Below, piece by piece: positions 1-9,495 of a DNA stretch of 64,000 nucleotides. Numbering within the stretch: position 1 is the stretch's first letter; every line of letters begins with the position of its first letter. This DNA is from Candidatus Moranbacteria bacterium UBA2282 (GTDB lineage Bacteria > Patescibacteriota > Minisyncoccia > Moranbacterales > UBA2206), in contig DDWQ01000003.1 in the NCBI GenBank assembly GCA_002345745.1, positions 6,028 through 70,027 on the forward strand, in the 5' to 3' direction. The notes below the pieces were generated by a model that did no database searches, was not told the DNA's origin, and worked only from the letters and a program-made list of their open reading frames with translations. A program made the translations under genes and the position numbers.

Positions 1-156
1 ACATGCCTCATAATAAATTAATTTCAATGGACGCCTATCTTTCGTAGATTCAACTTGTCCTTTCTGGTGGAGCTCAAATCTTAATTTTAAATTTTTAGTA
101 TAACCAATATATCGTTTGTTATCTTTTTTACTTAATAACACGTAGACATAATACAT
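1..156 (-). CDS. GIY-YIG nuclease superfamily protein (YhbQ/UPF0213-like), N-terminal fragment; continues beyond the window start
   Basis: Minus-strand translation starting at the ATG at 154-156 reads MYYVYVLLSKKDNKRYIGYTKNLKLRFELHQKGQVESTKDRRPLKLIYYEAC..., matching the GIY-YIG motif pattern (YVYvL ... YIGyT.NL..R...H..G ... RRP..L.Y.E). The frame is open to the window edge. Confidence 0.45.
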   Translation of the reverse strand, partial: MYYVYVLLSKKDNKRYIGYTKNLKLRFELHQKGQVESTKDRRPLKLIYYEAC

Positions 157-246
157 ATTCGTAGAAAATTTAAAATTATTTAACGGGGTGAATTTACAGT
201 GTTATTATATCACTACCCTAATTATCGTCAAGCCCATTTTGTAAAA

Positions 247-279
247 AACAAAAACCCGCCTTTTCAGCGGGTTTTTAAG
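247..279 (-). terminator. Rho-independent terminator hairpin downstream of the PPIase gene; bidirectional in form
   Basis: aacccgc-cttttca-gcgggtt stem-loop at 253-273, with an A-run on one side and a T-run on the other. Confidence 0.5.
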
Positions 280-295
280 ATTAACCAAGATTTTT

Positions 296-1048
296 TTATT
301 TCTCCAAAAGTTCTATACCAGTGATCACCACATCTTCCACTGGACGGTCACCTGGGACAGTTTTTACGTTTTCAATCTTGAGAGCCACGTCCATGCCGGA
401 AACGACTTTTCCAAAAACAGTGTAGCTAGCTGGCAAGGGCGCTTCTGGGCTAGCGGTGACGATGAAAAATTGTGAACCATTTGTGTTTGGTCCGGCGTTA
501 GCCATCGCCAAAGTTCCTTGTGGATATTTTTCGGTGCCTTTCAATTCATCATTGAAGCGATAATCTGGTCCGCCCATTCCCCAATTAGCAACATTTGTTC
601 CTTTGGAGTTTGGATCGCCACCTTGAATCATGAAACCTTTGATCACACGGTGAAATTTCAGGTCATCATAGAAGCCAGCGCTAGCTAGTTTCAAGAAATT
701 ACCCACTGTGATTGGTGTGGCGACATTATTGAACTGGAAGGTGATGTCTCCCAGGCTGGTCTTCAAAACCGCTCCAGTATATTTTTTCACCAATGGTGAA
801 TTGTCCCCCAGTGTTTTTGCTACGTCTCCCATAGATTTATTTTCATTAAGTGTATTATTTAACCTTTCATTTTCCTGAGCTGTTGAGTTTTCAATGTTTT
901 GTTGCATATTATTTTTCAGATCGATCATATCAGCAGCGTTTCCAACTGGATCCGTAATTGGATTGGCAATCCCAGCTTTATTGTCGCTTGAACAGCCTGC
1001 TAACACCAGAATTCCTAACAATAATAATATTATTTTACTCTTTTGCAT
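296..1048 (-). CDS. ppiB: Peptidyl-prolyl cis-trans isomerase, cyclophilin type; lipoprotein (signal peptide with lipobox LAGC)
   Basis: Cyclophilin signature FHRVIKGFMIQGGDP with GSQFFI. N-terminal LLLLGILVLAGCSS is a lipoprotein signal. Confidence 0.9.
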   Translation of the reverse strand: MQKSKIILLLLGILVLAGCSSDNKAGIANPITDPVGNAADMIDLKNNMQQNIENSTAQENERLNNTLNENKSMGDVAKTLGDNSPLVKKYTGAVLKTSLGDITFQFNNVATPITVGNFLKLASAGFYDDLKFHRVIKGFMIQGGDPNSKGTNVANWGMGGPDYRFNDELKGTEKYPQGTLAMANAGPNTNGSQFFIVTASPEAPLPASYTVFGKVVSGMDVALKIENVKTVPGDRPVEDVVITGIELLEK

Positions 1049-1308
1049 AGTTTCTTGACCCGTTAAATTTTCATGTAATGAAACGATTTAACTGGGTTTG
1101 TTTTTAAATTTTTTATTTACTACTCCGTCTATTATATCGCAAGAATCAATATTACAAAAGGGTGGATACTTAGATGGATATTTAGATTGTGAGTTCAAAA
1201 GAAGAAAAATGATGCCTGAAAATTTCCAAAATTAGAAGTGTTCTTAAAGCTGAGCTTTTTGAGTGGCTGCAACTCTTAGGATATTCAAAGCCAGTGCAAT
1301 TCTGCCGA

Positions 1309-1362
1309 GCAAATTCAAATCTCTCTCTTGAATCTGCTGGGTGGAACTGTGTTGGTTTTTTT
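1309..1362. repeat. Direct repeat copy 1 (~45-50 bp; caaatt..ctcttgaatctgctgggtggaaCtgtgttggttttttt)
   Basis: Near-identical to 1989-2035 with one C/T difference in the core. No self-complementarity, so it is not a hairpin terminator. Confidence 0.6.
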
Positions 1363-1443
1363 ATTTAATTTATTTTTTAATTTTGACTACGTGAGTTATT
1401 TTTGGTTTTTTATGAAATATGCTATATTTTTAGTCACATAGCA

Positions 1444-1472
1444 TTGACATTTTTCCTCAGCTATGCTATAAT
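1444..1472 (+). promoter_or_regulatory. Consensus sigma70-type promoter (TTGACA-17 nt-TATAAT) with an overlapping 7-bp inverted repeat (atgctat..atagcat)
   Basis: ttgaca at 1444-1449 and tataat at 1467-1472 with an exact 17-nt spacer. The inverted repeat atgctat/atagcat at ~1430-1447 overlaps the -35. Downstream SD GGGAGG precedes the ATG at 1581. Confidence 0.5.
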
Positions 1473-1580
1473 GCTTAGTCAAGTTGAGAAAGCAAAAAAC
1501 AATTTGACACTGTTCTTAAAAAATATTTTCGCCTCAGCTCATTTCGAGCGAGGAAAAAAATAGCCTGGGAGGGCACGAAT

Positions 1581-1868
1581 ATGCAAAACATAGATGCCGA
1601 CAACACCAAACTTGTTGTTTACGACTACGGCACTGGGAAAATTATTCTCCACGGTGTAGATTATCCCTGCAATCATCACATGATTGTGGATTTACGGGAT
1701 ATTAAAGAGAGAAGATGTGGTGGATTAAAGGCTACCATTATAATCAAATGTTTTGAATGCAAAACGGAGGAGCAAAGAATTATGAATTTCCACCCAGATC
1801 TTGGGAGGAATATTCACCTCGGAGTAAAAAGAGTTATGAAAGACACTGGGGAAGATGTCATTTCCTAA
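1581..1868 (+). CDS. Small hypothetical protein (95 aa) with four Cys (possible zinc-ribbon-like C..C..CxxC), driven by a consensus promoter
   Basis: ORF with strong SD (gggaggg) 7 nt upstream; Cys at C30, C46, C57, C60. No recognisable family. Confidence 0.45.
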   Translation: MQNIDADNTKLVVYDYGTGKIILHGVDYPCNHHMIVDLRDIKERRCGGLKATIIIKCFECKTEEQRIMNFHPDLGRNIHLGVKRVMKDTGEDVIS

Positions 1869-1942
1869 CTCTTACGGGGATTCAACGGTCACGGAGAGCG
1901 CCTGGCAATCTTGCCGAAGCTCTCCACCTCAACTTAGATTTT

Positions 1943-1958
1943 ATTCGCCGCGGCGAAT
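1943..1958. repeat. Perfect 16-bp GC-rich palindrome attcgccgcggcgaat
   Basis: Exact reverse-complement symmetry. Lies just downstream of the small ORF. Confidence 0.5.
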
Positions 1959-1988
1959 GAAACTTGGGAGAGAGGTGAAAAATATAAT

Positions 1989-2035
1989 CCAAATTTTCTC
2001 TTGAATCTGCTGGGTGGAATTGTGTTGGTTTTTTT
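1989..2035. repeat. Direct repeat copy 2 (ctcttgaatctgctgggtggaaTtgtgttggttttttt)
   Basis: Matches 1309-1362. Confidence 0.6.
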
Positions 2036-2110
2036 GATGGAAGTAATAGAAATTCTCACTTCTATTGCAAATTATATAAACTACTCGTTATGTTCAGCAT
2101 TACTAGCAGT

Positions 2111-2572
2111 TCACGCTTCTAGAGTTATCCTCCTTTGATTCTCATCCAACCATTCAAACTTAATTCTGACCGCCTCCTTCGGCAGGATTTTTTTAATGCG
2201 TTCTGACCATTCTACTATAATAATATTTTTTGGATCTGCAATTATCTCTTCCCAACCAAGATTCAGCAAATCCTGAGCCTCAATACGATATGCGTCTATA
2301 TGGTAAACTTTTTTGATTTTATTTGAAATTTGAAATTTGTCTGCCGTGGCGGATGAAATTTTTGTCTCGTATTCCTTCATTATCAAAAAAGTTGGGCTTG
2401 TGTATGGGCCTTTTGCACCCAAACCTTGCAGTAATCCTTGGGTGAACGTAGTTTTGCCGGCACCCAATTCACCATCCAAGCACAAAACTTCCCCACCGCG
2501 AAGTTCCAGCGCTAACAATTCGCCCAGCTTTTGTGTTTCTTTATGATTATTCGTGATAAACTCTTTATTCAT
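2111..2572 (-). CDS. tsaE: tRNA threonylcarbamoyladenosine biosynthesis ATPase TsaE (YjeE)
   Basis: P-loop GELGAGKTTFTQGLLQGLG and ~150 aa size are typical of TsaE. Confidence 0.85.
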   Translation of the reverse strand: MNKEFITNNHKETQKLGELLALELRGGEVLCLDGELGAGKTTFTQGLLQGLGAKGPYTSPTFLIMKEYETKISSATADKFQISNKIKKVYHIDAYRIEAQDLLNLGWEEIIADPKNIIIVEWSERIKKILPKEAVRIKFEWLDENQRRITLEA

Positions 2573-2721
2573 AAGTTTTATGAGGATTATTCAAAGATAG
2601 GACTTATGCCATTACAACGCATAATCATCAAAAAGTCAAGGATTCAAGCCAAATATTTGACATACCTCCATTGCCTTGCTATCATATAAAACTAACTTAA
2701 CTAGTAGAAATTTTCATATAT

Positions 2722-3852
2722 ATGAGCCTCGAACCGCAAGAACAATTTAAGAATTTTGTAGAAAAATCTAAGGATGTTTTGATTTTGATTCCGGAAAATC
2801 CCAGTGGTGATGCAGTTGGCAGTGCTTGGGCACTCTATTTCTTTTTGAAGAAAAAAGAGATCAATGCCACAATCGCCTTTTCTAATCATCTTTCAGAAAA
2901 ATATGATTTTCTGCCCAAACCAGAAGGAATTCTGACAGAAATTTCCGGTGCTCGTGATTTTGTTCTATCTTTCAACACCGCCTACAACAAAATAACCAAT
3001 GTTCGCACTGAAAAACTTGATGATAAATTAAACATCTATCTAACACCAGAAAAAGGAGCTTTAAATCCACGAGACTTTTCTTTTATTCTGGCTAAATTTA
3101 AATATGATTTAATGATTGTTATCGACAGTCCTGATCTTGAAAGACTTGGAGCTATCTATGAAAAAAATCCGGATCTCTTTTTTGAAGTTCCAATTATTAA
3201 TATTGACCATCGTAGCAATAATGATAATTTTGGACAAATAAATTTAGTAGACATTACCGCTTCATCTTGCAGTGAAATTTTGAGCTCAGTGCTAGATCAT
3301 ATAAACTATAACTTGGTGGACAAAGATATTGCCGATTGTCTTTTAACTGGCATCATCAGTGCAACCGAAAGTTTTCAGAAGAAAAATACTACACCTAAAG
3401 CTCTTTTGGCAGCAGCCACTCTTATGGACAAAGGCGCTGACCAACAAACGATTATCCGCTGGCTCTACAAGACACAACCTTTGCATATTTTGAAATTATG
3501 GGGTCGTGCTATGGCTAATCTGAATTGGGACGAACATTCTAAGCTTATTTGGACAAATCTAAGTGTGGAAGATTTCGTACAAAGTCGTGCCAGTCAAGCT
3601 GATGTGTTGTTGATTCTCGAAAAATTGCAGGAAAACTATAGTGAAGGCAAGCTATTTATGGCTCTCTATAATGATACTCCGCTTTCAACCGTGGCTTTAA
3701 TAAAATCAGCTGACATTGCTCTATTGAAAAAAATTCAGCCACTTTTCAATAGCACTCTTAAACGAGATACGCTTGAAATTAAATCTGAAATTAAAAATCT
3801 CTTTGAAGCTGGCGAGCTAATTTCTAAAAAAATAAAAGAGGTCAACAATTAA
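2722..3852 (+). CDS. DHH-family phosphoesterase-like protein (NrnA-like; motifs partly degenerate)
   Basis: NIDHRSNNDNFG resembles the DHH motif region. Overall layout resembles NrnA/DHH-DHHA1 proteins, but the GGGH motif is not evident. Confidence 0.45.
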   Translation: MSLEPQEQFKNFVEKSKDVLILIPENPSGDAVGSAWALYFFLKKKEINATIAFSNHLSEKYDFLPKPEGILTEISGARDFVLSFNTAYNKITNVRTEKLDDKLNIYLTPEKGALNPRDFSFILAKFKYDLMIVIDSPDLERLGAIYEKNPDLFFEVPIINIDHRSNNDNFGQINLVDITASSCSEILSSVLDHINYNLVDKDIADCLLTGIISATESFQKKNTTPKALLAAATLMDKGADQQTIIRWLYKTQPLHILKLWGRAMANLNWDEHSKLIWTNLSVEDFVQSRASQADVLLILEKLQENYSEGKLFMALYNDTPLSTVALIKSADIALLKKIQPLFNSTLKRDTLEIKSEIKNLFEAGELISKKIKEVNN

Positions 3853-4003
3853 ATCTGGCCTTTAGATTCAGATGGTAATGCCAAAATGGATTTCAAGCCT
3901 AGTAAAGCAAAGAATTGAAAAATACGACTGCAAGTTGATTTCTGTTTGAGCCTATGATAACCTAACATTAGGTTTAAATATAAGTTAAATTATAAAAAAT
4001 ATT

Positions 4004-4603
4004 ATGAACAAGAAAAAAACCGTTATTGTCGTAATAGTTGCAATTATTATCCTTGCTATTGGATCGGGTATTTGGATATGGGAGAAAAATGAAATAAAAA
4101 AACAGGAACAAGTTAAAATTCAACAAATTAAACAGGAGGAAGATCAAATACAACAACAATTGGAACAACAGTCGATACAAATCAATACTCAGCAAGTTGT
4201 TGATTTAGGTGAGTGGAAAACATATCGAAGTGAGAAATATGGATTTGAGGTTAAGTATCCTGATGACTGGGAGTTAAAAATATTAAATACCGAATTTAAT
4301 AAAAGTGGCGATGATATGTTCTTTTTTGCGAAGGATGATAGAAACAGCTTCGCTGTTTTTCCTAAAGGTGGATTCGGTCATGGCATACAAGAACCAAAAA
4401 AAGTTACCCAGGATAATTTCAAGGGAAGAAATGCAAAAATGTTTTGGTATGATTATCCCTTTCCACCTTACACATATATCATTAGTGATCTTCCAAAAAA
4501 TTGGGGGGTTGAAAATGTTATTGAAATTAAAATTTCCAATAATGATCAGGGTTTAATATGTGATTTTCAGGTGATATATGATAGTTTTAATTTTATTGAT
4601 TAG
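4004..4603 (+). CDS. Membrane-anchored hypothetical protein (N-terminal TM, Q-rich coiled-coil segment)
   Basis: Hydrophobic N-terminus VIVVIVAIIILAIGSGIWIW followed by a Q/E-rich repeat. Confidence 0.45.
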   Translation: MNKKKTVIVVIVAIIILAIGSGIWIWEKNEIKKQEQVKIQQIKQEEDQIQQQLEQQSIQINTQQVVDLGEWKTYRSEKYGFEVKYPDDWELKILNTEFNKSGDDMFFFAKDDRNSFAVFPKGGFGHGIQEPKKVTQDNFKGRNAKMFWYDYPFPPYTYIISDLPKNWGVENVIEIKISNNDQGLICDFQVIYDSFNFID

Positions 4604-4718
4604 ATAGGACTGATAATCTGTAGTTTTTTAACAATTTTATAAAAAGGAGGGACACGAAAGGTATAGGTAATGTGGATGAAGTAAATGATAATAAACTTAT
4701 ACAGAGGGAGGATTTGGA

Positions 4719-5828
4719 ATGCTAAAAATAGTATTTGAGGCGCTTTTAGCGGTAGTTGTTATGCTTTCGTTAAGCTCGATGGCTTTCAGCTATACGGATG
4801 AAGAGCAGTATGTTTATGATAATCTCTATTTGCAATTGCCCTGGGAGCCAGCAAGGTATATCAAGCTAACGCAGGAGAATAGAGATACGCCAACCCATTC
4901 CGTTGGTGGTGTTGATGAATACGCATTGGATTTTGGTTTTATAGAAAGCACTCCCGTCACCGCAGCTGAATCAGGTGTTGTATATGTGTATAGGGTTGAC
5001 AATACCAATGCGTCTGCCTATGGTAATCATATAAAAATTGATCACGGACATTTTTATACTTTGTATGCTCATCTGTCTACAATAGAAGACGGCATCGATG
5101 GCTCTGAGGTTAAAAAGGGTGATGTAATTGGATTGTCTGGACACACTGGAGTAGGTTCTGGTTCTCATTTACACTTCGGTCTTTATTACGGATATGCCTA
5201 TAACGACGGGTACAGCTATTCTGTGCAGAGCAAGATTGTGTCTGCCAATGAAGGCACTGGTCCGTATCAAACCCTTCAAAGTTTGCAATTTAATAATGGG
5301 CAGTTCTATTTATCAGGCAATTTTAAATCTGGTCAGGAGGGGATAATAGTTTGTGAAAGTAATGGATGCTATGTGGACACAAGCTCTGGAGTTGGAGGAA
5401 ATGGAAGTCTCCCCGACTTCATCACCAAAAAAATCTGGTTCTCTAACTCATCAGGCAATCCAAAAACCGTGTTCAAACCAGGCGAAGCTATGCAAATTCA
5501 CATTGAGGTGAAAAATGTGGGAGCCGATACTCCCTCGGGCATTGATGTTGACTATTTTCGTTCAAATGGGCTTTACAAAGATTCAGATCCTAAAAATATT
5601 GGAACTGATTTTATTCACAAAGATGATCTCGAAGGAGGCGAGACGCACAATGAGTTAAAAAACACAACCGCACCAATAACTAAGGGCAGATACAATTTTG
5701 TGGCTTGTCCGGATCCTGATCATAATGTTGCCGAAGAACATGAAAACAATAACTGTTCCGACGAAGCTGTTTTCAAAGTTGATGATCTCAAATGGCTTAA
5801 TCCAATTATTAATTATATTTTAGATTGA
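4719..5828 (+). CDS. M23 family metallopeptidase (LytM domain) with a C-terminal CARDB-like beta domain; secreted
   Basis: HIKIDHG...YAHLS...GLSGHTGVGSGSHLHFGL is the M23 HxxxD/HxH signature. N-terminal signal peptide; SD agggagg upstream. Confidence 0.85.
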   Translation: MLKIVFEALLAVVVMLSLSSMAFSYTDEEQYVYDNLYLQLPWEPARYIKLTQENRDTPTHSVGGVDEYALDFGFIESTPVTAAESGVVYVYRVDNTNASAYGNHIKIDHGHFYTLYAHLSTIEDGIDGSEVKKGDVIGLSGHTGVGSGSHLHFGLYYGYAYNDGYSYSVQSKIVSANEGTGPYQTLQSLQFNNGQFYLSGNFKSGQEGIIVCESNGCYVDTSSGVGGNGSLPDFITKKIWFSNSSGNPKTVFKPGEAMQIHIEVKNVGADTPSGIDVDYFRSNGLYKDSDPKNIGTDFIHKDDLEGGETHNELKNTTAPITKGRYNFVACPDPDHNVAEEHENNNCSDEAVFKVDDLKWLNPIINYILD

Positions 5829-5838
5829 AGGGGGAGAT

Positions 5839-6198
5839 ATGAAAAAAGCATTGGTGATTTTTTCTATAATGATTTTTGCTGTTTTTTGTCAGACAATTAC
5901 AGCTGAGGCTACTGAATATGTAGTGTGGGATACAGTACTCTCAATATATGGGCAAAGTGAGCAAGAAAGTTCAGCACATCTGATTAGATCTTCTAAGGGA
6001 ATATATAATAATGGCATGCACCCATGGTGCGGTGATCGTGCCTATATTTTACTAACTGATAAGGCACTATATGCTACAGCCTTAGCATCTTCAATGGCTG
6101 AAAAGCATGTGAATTTCATCTATGAAGATGCGGCACCGTCAAAAACAGCTAGAGATCACATTACATTTGGCTGTAAGGTTATAAGTATTTTCTGGTAA
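5839..6198 (+). CDS. Small secreted hypothetical protein
   Basis: Signal peptide MKKALVIFSIMIFAVFCQTITAEA. Confidence 0.45.
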   Translation: MKKALVIFSIMIFAVFCQTITAEATEYVVWDTVLSIYGQSEQESSAHLIRSSKGIYNNGMHPWCGDRAYILLTDKALYATALASSMAEKHVNFIYEDAAPSKTARDHITFGCKVISIFW

Positions 6199-6372
6199 AA
6201 ACAATTTCTACGTGAAACATGAAAAAAGTTTACATTGGTTTAGTATTGATTTATGATTTCAAATTGGAATGAAAAAAATTATGTTCAATAGACAGTGGCT
6301 AAATTAGTGAAAATGCAGTAAAATAAATTTATAAAATAGATTTCTCTAATAGACCTATCCCAAAAAAATATT

Positions 6373-9300
6373 ATGATAAAAATACTTTCAAAAAAATCAT
6401 CCACCCATCAAGATAATGAAACAAAAAAAGATCTGGCTACAGAAAAAGTTCTGTCCAAATTGCGTCACCAATCTGAAGAGGAACAAACATCTGCTTTTGC
6501 GGCTATGATTGGAATAAATTATATTGACACTAATCTCATTCCGATTGATTCAGACAGCATTAAGTTAATACCCGAAGAAGATTCCAGAAAATTCAATCTA
6601 GCTGCAATTGCCAAAACTGGAAAAAAAGTTACTCTCATTGCTACTAATCCAACTACTCCCGAGACAATCGCCTATTTAGGAAATCTTCGCGAAACAAATG
6701 GTTGGGAATTAAATCTTTTTATCGTTTCCGAATACAATCTAGGAAGAGTTTGGGAGCGTTACAAAAAAATTGTATTTACCGACATTCTATCTCAACTTAG
6801 TGTAAACCTGACAGGAGAAGATTTAAAAAAATTTGATGAATACCTAAAAGACCTGACCACACTCAAACAAAGAATTAATGAATTGCCAACTACCCAAGTT
6901 CTTAATGTAATTATGGGAGGAGCTTACAAGTTAGGTGCTAGTGACATTCATATTGAACCACAAGAAAAAGATTTTCGTCTACGCTACCGCATTGATGGCA
7001 TCCTGCATGATGTAGCTTTTCTGCCTCTCAATATCTTCAAGTCCATTACTAATCGTGTAAAAATGATGTCTGATATGAAATTAAACTTACGCGATATTGC
7101 TCAAGATGGAACTTTTGAAGTAAATATTAGTGAAAAGAAAATTTCAATTCGTGCTTCTATTATTCCTGGCAACTATGGCGAGAGCATTGTAATGCGTCTG
7201 CTTGATCCAGAGTCTATTCAAGTCTCAGTTGAAAATTTAGGCTTGCGTGGACTTGCCTATGAAATAGTTCAAAAACAAATTACAGCTCCCAGTGGAATGG
7301 TGCTGACAACTGGACCAACTGGTTCTGGAAAAACAACTACGCTCTATGCTATTGTGCATAAGCTCAATAATCCTGAAACAAAAATAATCACTATTGAAGA
7401 CCCAATTGAATATGAATTGGTCGGCATTTCTCAAACGCAAGTTGAAAATTCTCGTGGTTACACTTTTGCTTCTGGCTTGCGTTCTATTGTCCGTCAAGAT
7501 CCAGATGTAATTCTAGTTGGTGAAATTCGTGATGAAGAAACAGTTGATATCGCTATTAATTCAGCCCTGACAGGACATCTTGTTCTTTCCACTATTCACA
7601 CCAACAGTGCTATTGCGACAGTTTCCAGAATGATTGAAATGGGAGTCAAACCAACTTTAATCGCTCCTGCGTCCAACGCATTTATCGGTCAACGACTTGT
7701 GCGTAAATTATGTGAATGCAAAGAAGAATATATACCCGCCAGAGAATCGTTGGAATCTTTAAAGAAAATTTTATCTATTATTTCTCCTAAAGCTAAATTA
7801 GATATACCCAAAGAGATTACAAAACTCTATCGACCCAAGGGTTGTCCAAAATGCAATAACCTTGGATATAAGGGTCGCATTGGAATTTTTGAGGTTTTTA
7901 TTATTAATGAAGAAATTGAAAAACTTATTGTTAACTTTGGTTCTGAAACAGAAATCACAATGGCGGCTTTGGAAAGTGGACTGATTACAATGTTGCAAGA
8001 TGGTATTTTGAAAGCACTAGAAGGCATTACATCTATTGAAGAGGTGCGACGCACAACAGGTGAAGGAGATTTTCTGCAAGATATTTATGAAAAATTAATG
8101 TCTTCCACACTTGGACGCGGAATACTAATTGATCCAGAAAATTATACTAAAGCGCTTACGAATATTAAAAATTTCCAACAATTGCAAGAAATAGTTTCCA
8201 GTGCAACAACCAAAGATATTAATAAGATTGTTTTTGCGGCGGCTTCAATCTTGCATACTGGTGACATTCATATTGAACCAGGACCAGCTGATGTAAAAAT
8301 TAGATTCCGTATCGACGGCATTCTGCAAACCATCCTTACTTTTCCTCTCAGTGAATATCCGAATATTTTAGGAGAAATAAAGATTCTCTCGGGAGTTAAG
8401 ACTGAAGTTCGCGAAGGAGTTATTGATAGTCGTTTCACTATTAAATTTGATGAGGAAATTCCTGACATCCAAGAAAAATCAGTAGATGTGCGTGTTTCAA
8501 TTATATTAGGCGGTTATGGCGAAACTGTTGTAATGCGACTTCTGAGTAAAGCCTCCCAAGAATTAGATATTAACAAACTTGGAATTAATGAACAAAATAA
8601 GAAAAAAATTCTAACTGAAATTTCCAAACCCAACGGAGTTTTTCTCAACACCGGTCCAACTGGTTCTGGCAAGACCACAACACTCTATTCTATTATTAAT
8701 ATTCTTAATAAACCTGAAGTAAAAATCATTACAGTTGAAGATCCGATTGAATATCAAATTGAAGGTATATTGCAAACGCCTACCAATGATAAGGAGGGAT
8801 ATACTTTTTCCACAGCTTTGCGAGCACTTTTGCGTCAAAATCCTGATATTATGATGATTGGTGAAATTCGTGATGATGAAACTGCACAAATTGCCGTGCA
8901 AGCTGCTTTGACTGGACATGTAGTGCTTTCCACTATTCATACTAATGACGCTGTTGGAGCCGTACAGCGTATGCTTAATATGGGTGTTTCGCCGTCAGAT
9001 ATCGCTTCCGCCGTTAATGCTTTTATGGCACAACGGCTCGTGCGAAAATTATGTGATTGCAAAGAAGAAATTTCTCCGACACTCGAAGAAAAAGAAAAAA
9101 TCGAAATAGTATTAAAAACCATTTCCTCTAAGGCTGGCGTAGAAGTTCCAGCTATTGGCAAAATTTATAAACCCAAAGGCTGTGAGAAATGCAATAATCT
9201 TGGTTATAAAGGCCGAACTACTATTAGCGAAATTTTTGTACTTGACCGCACAATCAAAGAATTAATTAATCATAGTGCCAGCACTACTGAGCTTTCTGAC

Positions 9301-9405
9301 AAAGCTGTGGAAAACGGTATGCTCACGATGGCACAAGATGGCATTCTGAAGGTTTTAAATGGCGAAACAACGATGGAAGAAGTTGCAAGAGTTACTGATA
9401 TTTAA
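6373..9405 (+). CDS. Tandem-duplicated GspE/PilB-type type IV pilus assembly ATPase (two complete ATPase modules in one 1010-aa polypeptide)
   Basis: N-terminal T2SSE_N-like domain. Module 1 has Walker A GPTGSGKTTTLYA, Asp box IITIEDPIEY, His box LVLSTIHTNSA and a C4 zinc finger (CECK...CPKC). Module 2 has GPTGSGKTTTLYS, IITVEDPIEY, VVLSTIHTNDA and CDCK...CEKC. Confidence 0.9.
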   Translation: MIKILSKKSSTHQDNETKKDLATEKVLSKLRHQSEEEQTSAFAAMIGINYIDTNLIPIDSDSIKLIPEEDSRKFNLAAIAKTGKKVTLIATNPTTPETIAYLGNLRETNGWELNLFIVSEYNLGRVWERYKKIVFTDILSQLSVNLTGEDLKKFDEYLKDLTTLKQRINELPTTQVLNVIMGGAYKLGASDIHIEPQEKDFRLRYRIDGILHDVAFLPLNIFKSITNRVKMMSDMKLNLRDIAQDGTFEVNISEKKISIRASIIPGNYGESIVMRLLDPESIQVSVENLGLRGLAYEIVQKQITAPSGMVLTTGPTGSGKTTTLYAIVHKLNNPETKIITIEDPIEYELVGISQTQVENSRGYTFASGLRSIVRQDPDVILVGEIRDEETVDIAINSALTGHLVLSTIHTNSAIATVSRMIEMGVKPTLIAPASNAFIGQRLVRKLCECKEEYIPARESLESLKKILSIISPKAKLDIPKEITKLYRPKGCPKCNNLGYKGRIGIFEVFIINEEIEKLIVNFGSETEITMAALESGLITMLQDGILKALEGITSIEEVRRTTGEGDFLQDIYEKLMSSTLGRGILIDPENYTKALTNIKNFQQLQEIVSSATTKDINKIVFAAASILHTGDIHIEPGPADVKIRFRIDGILQTILTFPLSEYPNILGEIKILSGVKTEVREGVIDSRFTIKFDEEIPDIQEKSVDVRVSIILGGYGETVVMRLLSKASQELDINKLGINEQNKKKILTEISKPNGVFLNTGPTGSGKTTTLYSIINILNKPEVKIITVEDPIEYQIEGILQTPTNDKEGYTFSTALRALLRQNPDIMMIGEIRDDETAQIAVQAALTGHVVLSTIHTNDAVGAVQRMLNMGVSPSDIASAVNAFMAQRLVRKLCDCKEEISPTLEEKEKIEIVLKTISSKAGVEVPAIGKIYKPKGCEKCNNLGYKGRTTISEIFVLDRTIKELINHSASTTELSDKAVENGMLTMAQDGILKVLNGETTMEEVARVTDI

Positions 9406-9470
9406 ATCAGAACCACATGATTAGCACCTGAACACGCATGATTTCACTGAAAAAAATCCACATAAAAAAA

Positions 9471-9495
9471 CAGACTTCAAAAGTCTGTTTTTTTA
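9471..9495. terminator. Bidirectional rho-independent terminator (cagactt-caa-aagtctg flanked by A-run and T-run)
   Basis: Perfect 7-bp stem at 9471-9487 with T8 downstream and A7 upstream. It would terminate pilB (+) and any minus-strand transcript arriving from the right. Confidence 0.7.

Noticed and set aside
1757-1960. 67-aa ORF overlapping the 3' end of the 1581-1868 gene
   Set aside because: Overlaps a better-supported ORF in another frame, has no RBS, and runs through the GC palindrome; likely spurious.
2337-2546. Antisense 69-aa ORF inside tsaE
   Set aside because: Fully embedded opposite a conserved gene; no start context.
7237-9161. Several 66-109-aa antisense ORFs inside the pilB fusion gene
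   Set aside because: All lie opposite a strongly supported CDS with no independent signals.
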